Assembly (NCBI GenBank): GCA_964016885.1
Contig: OZ024741.1
Span: forward strand, 45,446,001 to 45,510,000
Length of the DNA: 64,000 nt
Direction: 5' to 3'
DNA from: Eledone cirrhosa
Lineage: Eukaryota
Part shown: positions 1 to 12,712 of the stretch, in pieces
How the letters are laid out: each line of letters starts with the position of its first letter
Position numbering within the stretch: the stretch's first letter is position 1
Made by a program: the position numbers and the translations under genes
Notes under the pieces: model-generated
Database searches by the model: none
What the model was told of the DNA's origin: nothing
What the model saw: the letters and a program-made list of their open reading frames with translations, nothing else

Positions 1-296
1 ACACAAGAGAGAGAGTTACCTTGGGAGAGATTTAATAGTCCCTATATATTTCGGATTCACATCCATCAACTGGGGGTTTTTTCCGGGGTGGGGGAAAAGG
101 TTGTCTGTCGGACAATTCGGAACGCGTCTTTCGCTGTTTGTTGATATTCAAATCAACAAACAGCGAAAGACGCGTTCCGAATTGTCCGACAGACATCCTT
201 TTCCCCCACCCCGGAAAAAACCCCCAGTTGATGGATGTGAATCCGAAATATATAGGGACTATTAAATCTCTCCCAAGGTAACTCTCTCTCTTGTGT
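1..296. repeat. Near-perfect inverted repeat (arms ~1-145 and ~152-296; may extend beyond window)
   Basis: acacaagagagagagttaccttggg...cgctgtttgttgat is the reverse complement of atcaacaaacagcg...cccaaggtaactctctctcttgtgt with only 1-2 differences. Confidence 0.95.
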
Positions 297-515
297 TGTT
301 ATTATTATTTTTATTCTTTTACTCTTCCCTTTATTCTACACATCTCACACATCTTATACACACCACGCATCTCAACGTACACCCACTTACATATCTCTCT
401 CCCCACCACCGGACCTTGTTACCCGGAGATTTACCCATTTGCATTGTCGAGGCTTCCAAACGACTTATAAATATTTACTTATTGTTCCACAATGCTTCAA
501 GCAAACTTCAATACT

Positions 516-518
<3 letters not shown>

Positions 519-567
<49 letters not shown>

Positions 568-845
568 CATCGTCGTTGAACATCTATCTTCCACACAAGC
601 AGGTGTTTATACATTTATATAGATATCCAGGGATTGTAGGGCGGAGTTACACCAAAAGGTCCGGCGAGCTGTTGATTACAGAGTCGGGCTAGATCGATAC
701 AGATCGAACCTTGAGCCGATCGATGGCGAAAGGCGCGTCACCAACCAATAAACGTAATGCAGGAGTAACCACTCGTCCTTGTTTTATTTTATTATATATA
801 TATATATATGTGTGTGGGGGGGGGGTGCGTGTGTGTGTGTGCGTG

Positions 846-932
<87 letters not shown>

Positions 933-1237
933 GTGTGTGTGTATTTGTGTGTGTATATATATGGACTCTTTAGTAACGGAGGTAATAATGTGATGTTGCA
1001 ACAAATATAAAAATGGGGTTATCGATATGTAGTTGCAATTACAGTGGCATTAATACTGCACAGGCCATATCCAGTTACTTCTTGTACACTTCATTGTGAA
1101 ATGAGAGACGTTGGATTACGTGTGTACATTCGGTGTGTCAGCTGGACCTCAGTTTTCGATGTAACGCATTCATACGGACACATAAACAGATACACATACA
1201 CATAAATATACACACACGAACACACACAAACACACAT

Positions 1238-1326
<89 letters not shown>

Positions 1327-1651
1327 TATAAATGAAAAGTATAGAAATTGTTGTAGCGAGAACTAACAGTATTCCATAACATATATGCGACTATAGCGTC
1401 AAAATGGGAAAATAGTTAATATAAGATATGGGAAAAATAATTCAGACTCAATTCAAAAGGAATCAGTATATAGATTTATCCAACAGAATTTAGAGAAATC
1501 CAGGGAAAAATCAATAGAGCCTTAACTCATGATAAAACAAAGTCTAAAGTACTCAACCTTCAATTGGGACAACTTCAAATGCTCTGTATAGTCTTCATTT
1601 GTGCGATATGGGAATACACAAACACAGGGCCCACATATGTGTATAGAAATA

Positions 1652-1711
<60 letters not shown>

Positions 1712-1750
1712 TTAGAGATATATATATATATATAATATATGTATATATAT

Positions 1751-1784
<34 letters not shown>

Positions 1785-1855
1785 TATTTCTATACACATA
1801 TGTGGGCCCTGTGTTTGTGTATTCCCATATCGCACAAATGCATACATATATAAAT

Positions 1856-1900
<45 letters not shown>
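519..1900. repeat. Cluster of (TA)n/(TG)n/(CA)n microsatellites
   Basis: Long pure dinucleotide runs; source of the spurious YIYI ORFs. Confidence 0.95.
1596..1840. repeat. ~60-bp inverted repeat flanking a (TA)n tract
   Basis: catttgtgcgatatgggaatacacaaacacagggcccacatatg... at 1596 is reverse-complemented at 1778-1840. Confidence 0.95.
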
Positions 1901-1902
<2 letters not shown>

Positions 1903-1903
1903 T

Positions 1904-2385
1904 TTTAATATAGATGAGATTCTACAGGACTACAACTGTTTCATTCTTTAGAAATTATCAGGAATCTGGGTATCAAAAAATAAATATGGTATTTATAGGC
2001 CTCTTCGGGTGGTAGGAGAGGGATGGGTAGAGGTCATTGGTTGATAGAAAAGGGAATTCATTAAAAGCTAATTCTTTAAAGCTATAGTTTATATTTAGAG
2101 TAACAAAGGCAGAAAGAATTCTATAAACAAGTTCAGAATGTGGTGCCACTCCTTATTTTTAAGTTTCTCTTAAGCTAACAATGCCTATATTTCAGGTGTC
2201 TATAAGATCGTTGGGGTCAGTCATGGTTGATGGATTTAAAGAAAAGGGAAATTCTTTAAAAGCCAATTCTTTAAGGTTCTACTTGGAGTGACAAAGGCCT
2301 AGAGAATTCTATAGACCAGTTCAAAATATTGAGTCCCGATCATACCATTATCTTCAAGTTTCTCTTAGGCTATATTCCAAATGTC
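1904..2385 (-). repeat. Interspersed repeat, likely Penelope pLTR-type fragment; second copy at 11617-11846; internal partial duplication 2225-2385
   Basis: tctacaggacta.aactgtttcattc...aaagctaattctttaaagctata...caaaggcagaaagaatt shared with 11634-11846; carries a CTGATRA...GAAA motif on the minus strand. Confidence 0.6.
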
Positions 2386-2490
2386 AACAGATACATTCAC
2401 AAACACACACACACACACGTCCCCACCATAACCCCCCACACACACACATACATATATACATTATATATAGAGAGATAGATAGATAAATAT

Positions 2491-2937
2491 ACACGGGTGT
2501 GTATGATTGTGTGTAGAAGATTATATTAATAAAAGGAATTCCAACTTTGTCTGATTTACTCGTTTTATTTACAATCCTTTAAAATTTATAATGGTATTAG
2601 AATGAAATAGTATGGTAGAATATTAAATGTTAAGTGTTAATTGAACAAGTACTTCCATGCTTTCGCAATCTTCAGGTTCTTATTCTGTGGTGACAGTCAA
2701 GTTTGCAATTTTCAACTGGGTAAATTTTGTGCCTTATATACAGTGAAAAGTGGCTCCAGAATGCTAAATCTTGCAAACTGTATTTCGACCAATCGGTGTG
2801 TAGTTTCACTGAATTACTAAAGCTGATTGGTTTAGGCGTCACGGTTGGTTGAGCATGTCTAACGACTACTAATTGATCCTATCCAAAGCATCAATGTTTT
2901 GCTATTTTTAGAAATGATGAAAATAGCATTTTCTAGT
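2491..2937 (-). repeat. Penelope pseudo-LTR copy 1
   Basis: ~450-bp direct repeat with 12256-12712; minus strand reads aaccaatcagc, tatataagg, hammerhead, aataaa. Confidence 0.85.
2643..2679 (-). ncRNA. Minimal type I hammerhead ribozyme motif (one core substitution)
   Basis: gaac-CTGAAGA-ttgc gaaa gcat-GGAA-gtac-tt-gttc: stem I gaac/gttc, GAAA-capped stem II, palindromic stem III. Confidence 0.7.
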
Positions 2938-3040
2938 AATCATCACCATGAACATCACTTTTATTATTATTATTATTGTTGTTTTTGTTGTTGTTGTTAA
3001 TGCTCGTAGTCATAGTCATAGTAGGAGTAATTCCCCATTA

Positions 3041-6000
3041 TTATTGTTCATTTAGCTTGGGTTTGAATTTATCAATAAAATTCTTTTCTTTGATTTTTCT
3101 CTTGATTTCACTTGGGCTGTGTAATTTGTAGAATGGGAATATTATAAATATTCCCTGACCACATGTTGCTAGATGGTTACTTAGGGGTATCTGACGGACA
3201 TTTGGATCTCTGATTTGCTGTCGTTGTACCCGTGCACGTTCCGATAGTGCATTTCCAGTTTGACCGACATATAGTTCTTCACAATTCGGGCATTTAATGC
3301 AGTAAATTAGATTTCTGCTTTTGCAGTTCATATTTGCATTTGGGAATATTTTTCCACTTTTTATTTTCATATATTGACCGGCGTATATGGATTGACATGT
3401 GCCACATCGACTATCATTGCATTTAGATACAGTGAATGATTGGTCTTTGTTGTTAAGGTCAAACTTTGCTTTTGTTAGTAATTGCTTCAAATTTTTCGGC
3501 TGTCTTTTACTAAGAGTCAAATACCGATCTGTGATTAAGCTTATTAATTCATTACTTTGAGCAATGATCGGTAGGTTTGCTTTGGCAGTGTTGAAGATAT
3601 TCTGGTGACATGGGTTGTGTGTCATTATAAATGGTATGACAAGTTCTTGGTTTCTTCTTCCTTGGGTTGTTCTAAGTTGTTGTATAGGTATTTTTATAGC
3701 CCGCTGTATGCCATTTTCTATAAGTAGAGATGGGTATTTTTGTTTGAGCAAAAATTCTCTTAGTTCTGTTAGGCGTTTGTACCTGGTATTCGTATCTTCT
3801 ACAATGGTACAAATTCTTCTGGCTAGGCAGTATGGGATGTTGAGGTTGATGGCACGACTTAAAATTCATATATTGATGGGTGTCTGTGTGTTTATGATAT
3901 ATATCCGTAGTAATGGTTGTGTCGTATTTGATTATCATTATATCTAGGAATGGTAATTTGGTCCTACTCATCTCTTTTGTGAATTGGAGAGATGGGTGTA
4001 GGTTATTCAGGAGGATATTGAACTCATCCAGAATATCTAGAGATTTTGTCCAGATGATGAAACAGTCGTCAAGGTATCTCTTCCAAGATTTTTCAATGTA
4101 CTTTCTAAAGTCAGTACTATATTTTTCCTCTATTTCTTGGTAGAGTTGTTGTTCTAAGTATCCCATTACAGAGTTCGCGTAAACGGAAGCAAACTTCGTT
4201 TCCATCGCTGTGCCTCTAATTTGGATGTAATTCTTTCCATTGAAGAAGAAAGTGTTGTTTTCCAGAATAAGTTTAACTGCGTCTAATATAAATGGCGCTG
4301 TGAATATAATGGGAATCACTTCTCTATGTTTTTCCACCCAGTATTTAACCGCCTTTATTCCTAAATCATGTGTAATGTTGGTGTAAAGGCTTACCACATC
4401 AAAACTAAGTAGAAGTGAATTCGTTTCCGTGGCTTTGGGAAGATGGGACAGGAAGTCGATATCATCCCGGATGAAACTGGGTATGTGAATACATAGTGGT
4501 TTCAAAATAATGTCAACAAAATTGCTTAGACGGTGGGTGGGGCATGTTGGACCAGCTATAATAGGTCTAAGTTTTAAGTCTTTTGGGTGTAGTAAGTCTT
4601 TTGAATGTACTCACTGTTTTGTTCTCTTACTGCCAGTTGTATTTCTTTTGACTTATGAACTTTCGGTAGGCCATACAAGTTGCTGGGTTTTGGCTCAAAA
4701 TTGGTGATGTAGTCTCTTTCCTTATCAGTAAGTGAGTTGTGGTATTTTGAAGCCAGGTTGTTGATCTTCTTCATGATGTTGTGGTCTATATTTGACGGTA
4801 TTTCATGATAGAATGTTGTCTTTCAGTTGTTCCTCAACCAAATCCTTGTAGTATTCAGTATCCATTATAACAACTGCACCCACTTTATCTGCTTGTTTAA
4901 TTATTATTGTTCTATCATTTTGTATACGTTTAAGTGCAGACATTTCTGATTTGTTAATGTTTGGCCTAACATTAGTATTACGTCTAAGAGGAAGTTTAGA
5001 CAGGATATCAATGTATTGGTAGAGATAGATATTTCTTCCTTTTGGCGGAGCGAAATTTGATTTATTCTTTACTAGTGATTCATCACTCTCATTACTTTTA
5101 TCAGCGAAAAATTCTACAAGACGTAATTTTCAACAGAATTCTTGGGTATCCTCCTTCAGTTCTTGGTGGTTGACTGTCGGAGTCGGTGTGAATTTCAGTC
5201 CTTTTGACAGAATTTGCATTTCATCATTGTCAAGATCTCTTTTGGATAAATTAATTATTTTAGGATCTACGTGTACAGTTGTTTTGGGTATGTTTCCTCC
5301 TGGAGTTTTTCTTTTTCCGGTTTTTGTTGTCCTGACGTTAAAAAATGTATTTTCCTCTGTTCAGGATTTATATTCCTGTTGGTGTTTGCTTGATGAACTT
5401 TTGGTCGTGATATTATATTTGGTTTCGTTATGTATTTGTCCTATTTTTTTGGTATTACGTATATTATTTTTCAATTTCTTGTTAGCATTATTTTTAACAA
5501 TCTGGGGAAATGACCTAGGTTTGCTTTCAGGTTTAGATCGTTTTTTCGCCCAGTTTTTTGTGGGTAATCTCTGTTGAGATCTTGAGAGTGATCTGGTTAT
5601 TCTACGTTTTGTTTCCCCGTTCCTTGTGGGTAGTCTCTGTTGGGATCTTGAAAATGATCTCCTGGTTTTACTACTTCTCATGGTCTGGCCAAAGGAATAT
5701 CCATCGTGTTTGTGCTTTTTGTTCATGTTGTGTGCGATAGGGTGTTTTTTGTAGAAAAAGCAAAGAGTTATTACCGTAGTTCTTCTTTGATACAAGGTAA
5801 GGTGAGTGTTTGTGTTGGCACGTGTTCTGGCGTATGTTGTGTTGGTGAGATTATCCACTTTTAATGCTTTTTCTCAGGGTTCCAGAGTCTTTACTGTAAT
5901 TTGCAGCATATTCGTCGAGAAATAATTGTTTCTGCTGCCATACATTTCTTGATTTGTTTTCTTCTTTTGAGATATCTCTGATCCATAGTTCTCGTAGTTT

Positions 6001-6378
6001 TTCAGCTATAATACCAGTCGTTAGCTTTGAAATTTCAACTTCAATTTGGTCATCGATAACTTCATATTTGGCTTTGTAGCAGGATTGTTTACATTGAGAA
6101 ATGGAGGTGTCGGTCCTGAATTTTGTCAATGTAAGTTCCCATCGGAGTTTTGTTTCTTCTTCTGGTTCTCCTGCAATTTCTGTAATTAGGTATTTACGAG
6201 GGAGTATGGGTGCCGTTAGAGAGAGCCATTTCGAATGTGTTTCGACATATTTTTCGCATTTGTATGTTTTCCAGAAGTTTTCTTTTCTTATGTTAAGAAA
6301 TGTTTTCCATGTCTTCCATATTTCTTTTCTTATTCGATGTGTTTTGTTTTCCAAATTTCTTTCGTTTAGTTTTGACAT
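3041..6378 (-). pseudogene. Penelope ORF (long N-terminus, RT, GIY-YIG endonuclease), frameshifted
   Basis: Motifs LSKGLKFTPTP, IIKQADK, LYGLPKVHK, FDVVSLYTNI, GTAM, RYLDD, LPFLD, IYCIKC..C..LYVGQT across ORFs 5851-6378, 5361-5858, 4574-4774, 3672-4505, 3041-3751. Confidence 0.92.
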
Positions 6379-6520
6379 CCTAGGGGGGTTGTGGTAGGCT
6401 TATATAGTTAAGTTAATCGGCCGATTAACTCACTCGATTAGCAAATTAGGCTGCCCAGCCGTTAATATGCATAAGGAAAGTATATACTTTCAGACCTTCA
6501 ATCATCTGGCAGGAAGGTAT

Positions 6521-6563
6521 ACGTTGCTGACGATAGCTAATAAGCTTCAAACTAGTACAGCGT
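6521..6563 (+). ncRNA. Minimal hammerhead-like motif antisense to the Penelope ORF
   Basis: acgttg-CTGACGA-tagc taataa gctt-CAAA-ctag-ta-cagcgt; stem I acgttg/cagcgt, palindromic actagt; core GAAA reads CAAA. Confidence 0.65.
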
Positions 6564-6679
6564 TCCTTTGTCAGTGTTGAACAAATGAGCAACGATGGTT
6601 GCTAGACACTGTACGGCTTAATACGGGATGTTTGTTTACAAACACACCGAGCATTATAATAAATGTTCGGTGAATCCAT

Positions 6680-6965
6680 ACGTACATATATATATATGTG
6701 TGCATGTATGTATATATATATACATACTACTGTACGTCTGCATACATATATGTATGTAGGTATACATACTTATATTTAAGTAACAGCCGTAGTTAGAGTG
6801 AGAAATGAAATTTCGTTTCGTTTTTTCCGTTTATATATATATATATACATACATACATACATACATACACAGATACACACATACATACATATACACACAC
6901 ATATACACACATATATACATATAAATACATACATATACACACATACACACACACACATACATATA

Positions 6966-7035
<70 letters not shown>

Positions 7036-7196
7036 CATATATACACACATATATATATATATACACATACACACACACATACACATATATACATATATAT
7101 ATATATATACACATATATATACACAAACATACACATACATACATATATACATAAAAATACACATACACATGCATATATATACACACACATATATAT

Positions 7197-7227
<31 letters not shown>

Positions 7228-7300
7228 AATATATATATAAATATATATATATATATACATACGTTTATAAATGCATACATGAAAAGTTACACACATTTAT
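6680..7300. repeat. Compound (TA)n/(CATA)n/(CA)n microsatellite field
   Basis: Simple repeats seen directly; (TATG)n also at 7870-8035. Confidence 0.95.
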
Positions 7301-7864
7301 ATATTTGTAGATACATTCTTAAAAATAACAAGGCCTAATTGAGATTGATCCTGTATCTCCCGAACTCCCATAAATAGATTGCATTGATTTCTACAATTCT
7401 CTCATAACTTACTGATCTATGTCTCACAATTTCCATTCGCTTCGTTTTCAGATTGCTTTGGCACAATAGAAATGTGTTATTAGCCAATTACGCTTTCGTT
7501 CTGTGCCTTGTAACTTCTAAAGCAATCAATGACGATCAAAGTTGCGAAATGTTCACAACACAACAGAATTTGCAGTTGAAATGAATGAAGTAAAGTCTTG
7601 TTGAACTATAAATCAATCAAAAATTGAATATAAATTGACTTCATGTCAGACCAAATAGGCAAAGATTTATGGTTTCCGTCGCTAAAACTGATGTTGATCT
7701 ATGTATTTAAAGTAGTTTATATCCGTTTATTTCTCTAATTCCTCCTAGCTTGCACCGCTATCACCACACAGATTCAACCCCCTACACAAAATCAAACAAG
7801 CAGAGTCACACCGCACACATACAAAGACACATATATTCATAGAGACAATGGCACGCTCAGACAG

Positions 7865-7901
<37 letters not shown>

Positions 7902-8602
7902 TGTATGTATGTATGTATGTATCCATGTATGTATGAACGTATGCATGTATGTATATATATATGTATGAAAGTATGTATGTATGTATGCATACATGTATGT
8001 ATCTGTGTATGTGTATATATATGTGTGTGTGTGTATTTGTTTTACAATATTTTTTTAAGTAAAACGTTATAATTTAGGAAGCACATGCTGCCAAGAAAAA
8101 CATACACTCTAGTTGAGTTTCACAACAATTTATTATTATAATTATTATAATTTCCCGTCGGTTAGTTAAATAGCTGGATAGTTATTTAGAAATTAATTTT
8201 CAAAGCTCTTTCTTCGCACATATTGTGACCTCTTCAGTGACTACTTTTGTTACTTTGTGTCTCTTTTTTGTTCTGTTCTGCACCATCTCATTTTTTATGA
8301 TCTGAGCTCCTTGACTGTGTATGCGTTAATTCCGAGTATGTGTGTGTTTTACTCTCGTTTCTCTTTCCTCACTAGTTAGTTAGTTGTTATCCTGATTTTT
8401 GTATACTACGAGTGCGTGTGTGTGACACGGGATGTCATTCTATATATCTTATTAGTCTTGGTCTTGTGTGTCTATATTTTCTTTGGTCACTCTGTTGTGA
8501 GGTTGTTATTAGTCCAGTCATGTTTTCTATTTAATTTTTGTCGAGGTTTATTTAGAAGTTTTACTTTTGTAATGTGTTAGAGTATTGCATCTGTTCGGGG
8601 TC

Positions 8603-9079
<477 letters not shown>

Positions 9080-9081
9080 AG

Positions 9082-10360
9082 GTTTAAAAAGGTAGGGAGC
9101 CAATGTATCTCCCAGGTACACTCCAGCCAGTATCTCAAAGAACTCTGTCATCCCATCAGGTGTAATGACTTGGGCTTTGGTGTTGGTGTAGAGCAGTGAT
9201 ATCAGGTCCACTCTCTTCTTGGGGATTCCATAAGCCTGTAAAATCTTCATCAGGCAGTGACGGTCCACAGAACCAAAGGCCTTCCTAAAGTCAATGAAAA
9301 CCATGACCCCAGGAAGGCACATTGCTCTAGCTCCCTCTAATATCCTCATCAGCATCAGGATGTGACTGGTGGTTGATCTTCCCTCTCTGAAGACGTTCTG
9401 GTTGTCCCTGAGCTTCTTGTCCATCTCAGGCTGGATCCTGTTAAGAATCATCCTGTTGAGGGTCTTTGCCACAGTGACGCCTTGCACTGGAGAAACACCA
9501 GGACACTGGCTTTACTGTAGCACCGGCTCAGAGCAGGAGAGTTAAGGCGAAAAAGATATCAGATGCTGAATTTGCCGACGACATAGTTTTGGTGACAAAT
9601 ACAGTGAAGGGGGCAAAGGATTTGATGCAGGATGTTGAGACTGTGTCGATGAGTGTGGGGCTGAGAATGAATGAGACTAAAACAAAATATCTGGTAGAGA
9701 ATGTTGAGAAGCCAGAGGGGATCACTAATGTAGGCGGGAAGCCGATAGAATTGGTTGAGGACTTCCTGTATTTGGGAGCAAAGATTGGGAATACGGAAGA
9801 TGATATGGTTGAGAGGAAGAGCAAAGCCTGGGCGGCGTGCCACACTTCAATCGGTGTGGAAGTAGGACATTCGAAAAGACCTGAAAATCCGCCTCTTCAT
9901 TGCTGTAGTGGAGTCTGTGCTGCTGTACGGGTCTGAGACTTGGACACTGACCAAGAAACTCACTCAGATGATGGATGGATGTTACACGAGAATGCTGAAG
10001 ATGGCTCTGAAAATTAATCAGTATTCACATACAGCTCTGAGTATTCACTGAGGATGAAAAACTCAGAGCTGTATGGGAGCCTCCCAAAAGTCAGCTCAAA
10101 AGTGACACAGAGGAGACTAAGGTCAGCTGGACATGCTCACCGACATCCAGAGTTGACATTACACTCAGTGCTCCTGTGGGAGCCCCTACATGGACACACT
10201 GGAAGAGGGAGACAAAGGTTAACGTATGTTGATGCCCTAAGGACTGATACTGGTCTGTTGGAGACGCAGGACATGGCAGCGATAATGAGGTACAGAGACC
10301 GCTGGAGAGAACTCTACCATGGATCTCGGGAATGTTACCCGCCCTAGAAAAAAAAATATA
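9082..10360 (+). mobile_element. RTE-like LINE, 5'-truncated with inverted 5' segment
   Basis: Minus 9082-9487 encodes [28 protein letters not shown]; plus 9487-10347 continues with EFADDI, FLYLG, LLYGSETW, GRGRQRLT..DRWR; A-rich tail at ~10348. Confidence 0.85.
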
Positions 10361-10433
10361 TATATATAGTGGTAGAACACTGGAAGGTAATATCCGTAGT
10401 GGTAGAGCACTCAGTCCATGGGACGATTTAGGT

Positions 10434-10562
10434 AGAAGTGGTTACACAACAATTAGTTCACCATACCGAGAACAATTGTTTCACCTTAGCGGATCTTCAG
10501 CTCGTAATGAAGATCCGCTACAATTGTTCGCGGTATGGTGAACTAACTGTTGTGTAACCACT

Positions 10563-10565
<3 letters not shown>
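10434..10565. repeat. Imperfect hairpin/inverted repeat
   Basis: agaagtggttacacaacaattagttcaccataccg... pairs with ...cggtatggtgaactaactgttgtgtaaccacttct; inner tagcggatcttca/tgaagatccgcta. Confidence 0.9.
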
Positions 10566-10619
<54 letters not shown>

Positions 10620-10734
10620 ATTTACACATACGCCAATTAAACAAAGTCACAGATATATATATTTGTTTAGGCAACCATTCACGATGTGGCTCAATGAAGA
10701 ATTAATAAATTAAATAATCAGTGCAAAATACTAT

Positions 10735-11445
10735 ATAGTAAAGCAAGTCCATACAATTATTTGATAATATATATACATCATTTCTTCTCCCAATTAGCAT
10801 AATTAACCATACAAAAAATCAATTAGACCAGGCTATAAGATTAAAAGGCACCTATGAAGAAACAGTAAATAAATATACCATAACAGCGTCTTCGCGGCAA
10901 ACCGCTATAAAATATCTACCCAATATTTCAACAGCACGTGGAAATTAATTAAATATACGGTCAACCATACACAATTAAGTATAAATTTATGGTTAGAAAT
11001 GCTTATTCGTGTTATATTGAATTCGTGTTTGGCGGGGGCCACTTCGGAAAAAAATCTGTCCTAGCGAGTTTGTCCCCTGACGAGTTTGATACTCGAGATT
11101 TATCCTTAATAGGATATCTCAAAATACGAACGAAACCATGGTATGGAGTTAGTGATTTAATCCTGGTATGTATATAAGCATTTCTAACTTTAATTTTATA
11201 CCTAATTGTATATGGTTGACCGTATATTTAATTAATTTCCACGTGCTATTGAAATGTTGGGTAGATATTTTATATCGGTTGGCCGCGAAGACGCTGCTAT
11301 GGTATATTTATTTACTGTTTCTTTATAGGTGCCTTTTAATCTTATAGCCTGGTCTAATTGATTTTTTGTGTGGTTCATTTTGCTAATTGGGAGAAGAAAT
11401 GATGTATATATATTATCAAATAATTCTATGGACTTGCTTTACTAT
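10735..11445. mobile_element. MITE/fold-back-like element with ~250-bp inverted arms and ~205-bp spacer
   Basis: 10735-10985 is the diverged reverse complement of 11193-11445; TA at both flanks; no ORF. Confidence 0.65.
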
Positions 11446-11616
11446 TATATATATATATATATATATATATTAGAATTGGTGCTCTGAAATGGCGATGTAT
11501 ATATGAATGTATGTATAGTGCCAAACACATATATATATATATATATAAGTTATCCCGGGATCAATCGAGGGTAACCACAGTAAGTAAGGTACTCAATACA
11601 GTGCAGAGTGTAAATG

Positions 11617-11846
11617 TTTAATATAGAAAAGCTTCTACAGGACTAGAACTGTTTCATTCGTGATAAATCATCAGGAAACTGTCCAAGTAAATATGATAGT
11701 ATTTATATCTTTTCTGGTGGTAGGAGAGGGTGGGGATTGGGATGGGTGGGGGCCATTGGTTGATGGGTTTAAAGAAATGGGAATTCTTTAAAAGCTAATT
11801 CTTTAAAGCTATAATTTATATTTAGAGTGACAAAGGCAGAAAGAAT
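11617..11846 (-). repeat. Second copy of the 1904-2122 repeat, with hammerhead-like core
   Basis: Minus strand ggacagtttc-CTGATGA-tttatcacgaat-GAAA-cagttc-tagtcc. Confidence 0.6.
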
Positions 11847-11855
11847 TATATATAT

Positions 11856-11907
<52 letters not shown>

Positions 11908-12255
11908 GTGCACACATACATTATTTATGTATGGTTCCTGTCACAACCATGTTGGAAATGATAACTTGATATCTTTCTTCTCTCTCACTCATTTACACTG
12001 TGTTGACAAGATGTACACTATTCAAGCCCCAGGTACTTATTGATATCTACCTATGTATCCATCTTCAGAAAATGAATAACCAAATCCAACTATTTATCGA
12101 ACAATCTATCTCTCTTTTTAACTCTCTACCTAGCTATTCATCCGTCTATCTATGTATCTGCTTGGCTAGCAATCTGGAGATCTATCTATCCATCCATCCA
12201 TCTATCTATCGATCAACCTATATATCTATCTATTAATTTCTCAATACACAACCAC

Positions 12256-12712
12256 ACACGGGTGTGTATGATTGTGTATAGAATATTATATTAATAGAAG
12301 GAATTCCAGCTTTGTCTGATTTACTCGTTTTATTTACAATCCTTTAAAATTATAATGATATTATAATGAAATAGTATGGTAGAATATTAAACGTTAAATG
12401 TTTAATTGAACAAGTTCTTTCATGTTTTCGCAATCTTCAAGTTCATATTCTGTGGTGACAGTCAAGTTTGCAATTTTCAGCTGTAATGAGATGGCTAAAA
12501 TCTGTGCCTTATATACAGTAAACAAGGGCTACAGAATGCTACGTTTTGCAAGCTGTATTTCGACCAATCGGTGTGTGGTTTCACTAGATTACTAAAGCTG
12601 ATTGGTTTAGGCGTCACGGTTGGTTGAGCATGTCTAACGACTTCTATTTGACCCTATCCAAAGCATCAATTGTTTTGCTATTTTTAGAAATGATGAAAAT
12701 AACATTTTCTAG
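12256..12712 (-). repeat. Solo Penelope pseudo-LTR copy 2 with hammerhead motif at 12408-12444
   Basis: Colinear with 2491-2937; gaac-TTGAAGA-ttgcgaaaacat-GAAA-gaac-tt-gttc. Confidence 0.85.

Larger units (their letters stand above)
2491..6680 (-). mobile_element. Penelope-like retroelement, decayed, with 3' pLTR
   Basis: RT + C-terminal GIY-YIG ORF fragments followed by a 3' region with CCAAT, TATA, hammerhead and AATAAA that recurs as a solo copy at 12256. Confidence 0.9.

Noticed and set aside
293-1951. ORFs rich in YIYI/CVCV
   Set aside because: Translations of dinucleotide microsatellites; same for 6776-8072
5558-5650. Short direct repeat encoding RSQQRLPT twice
   Set aside because: Small internal duplication in the low-complexity Penelope N-terminus
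10368-10415. tRNA gene or SINE head (agtggtagagcact, twice)
   Set aside because: A-box-like only; no B box or cloverleaf
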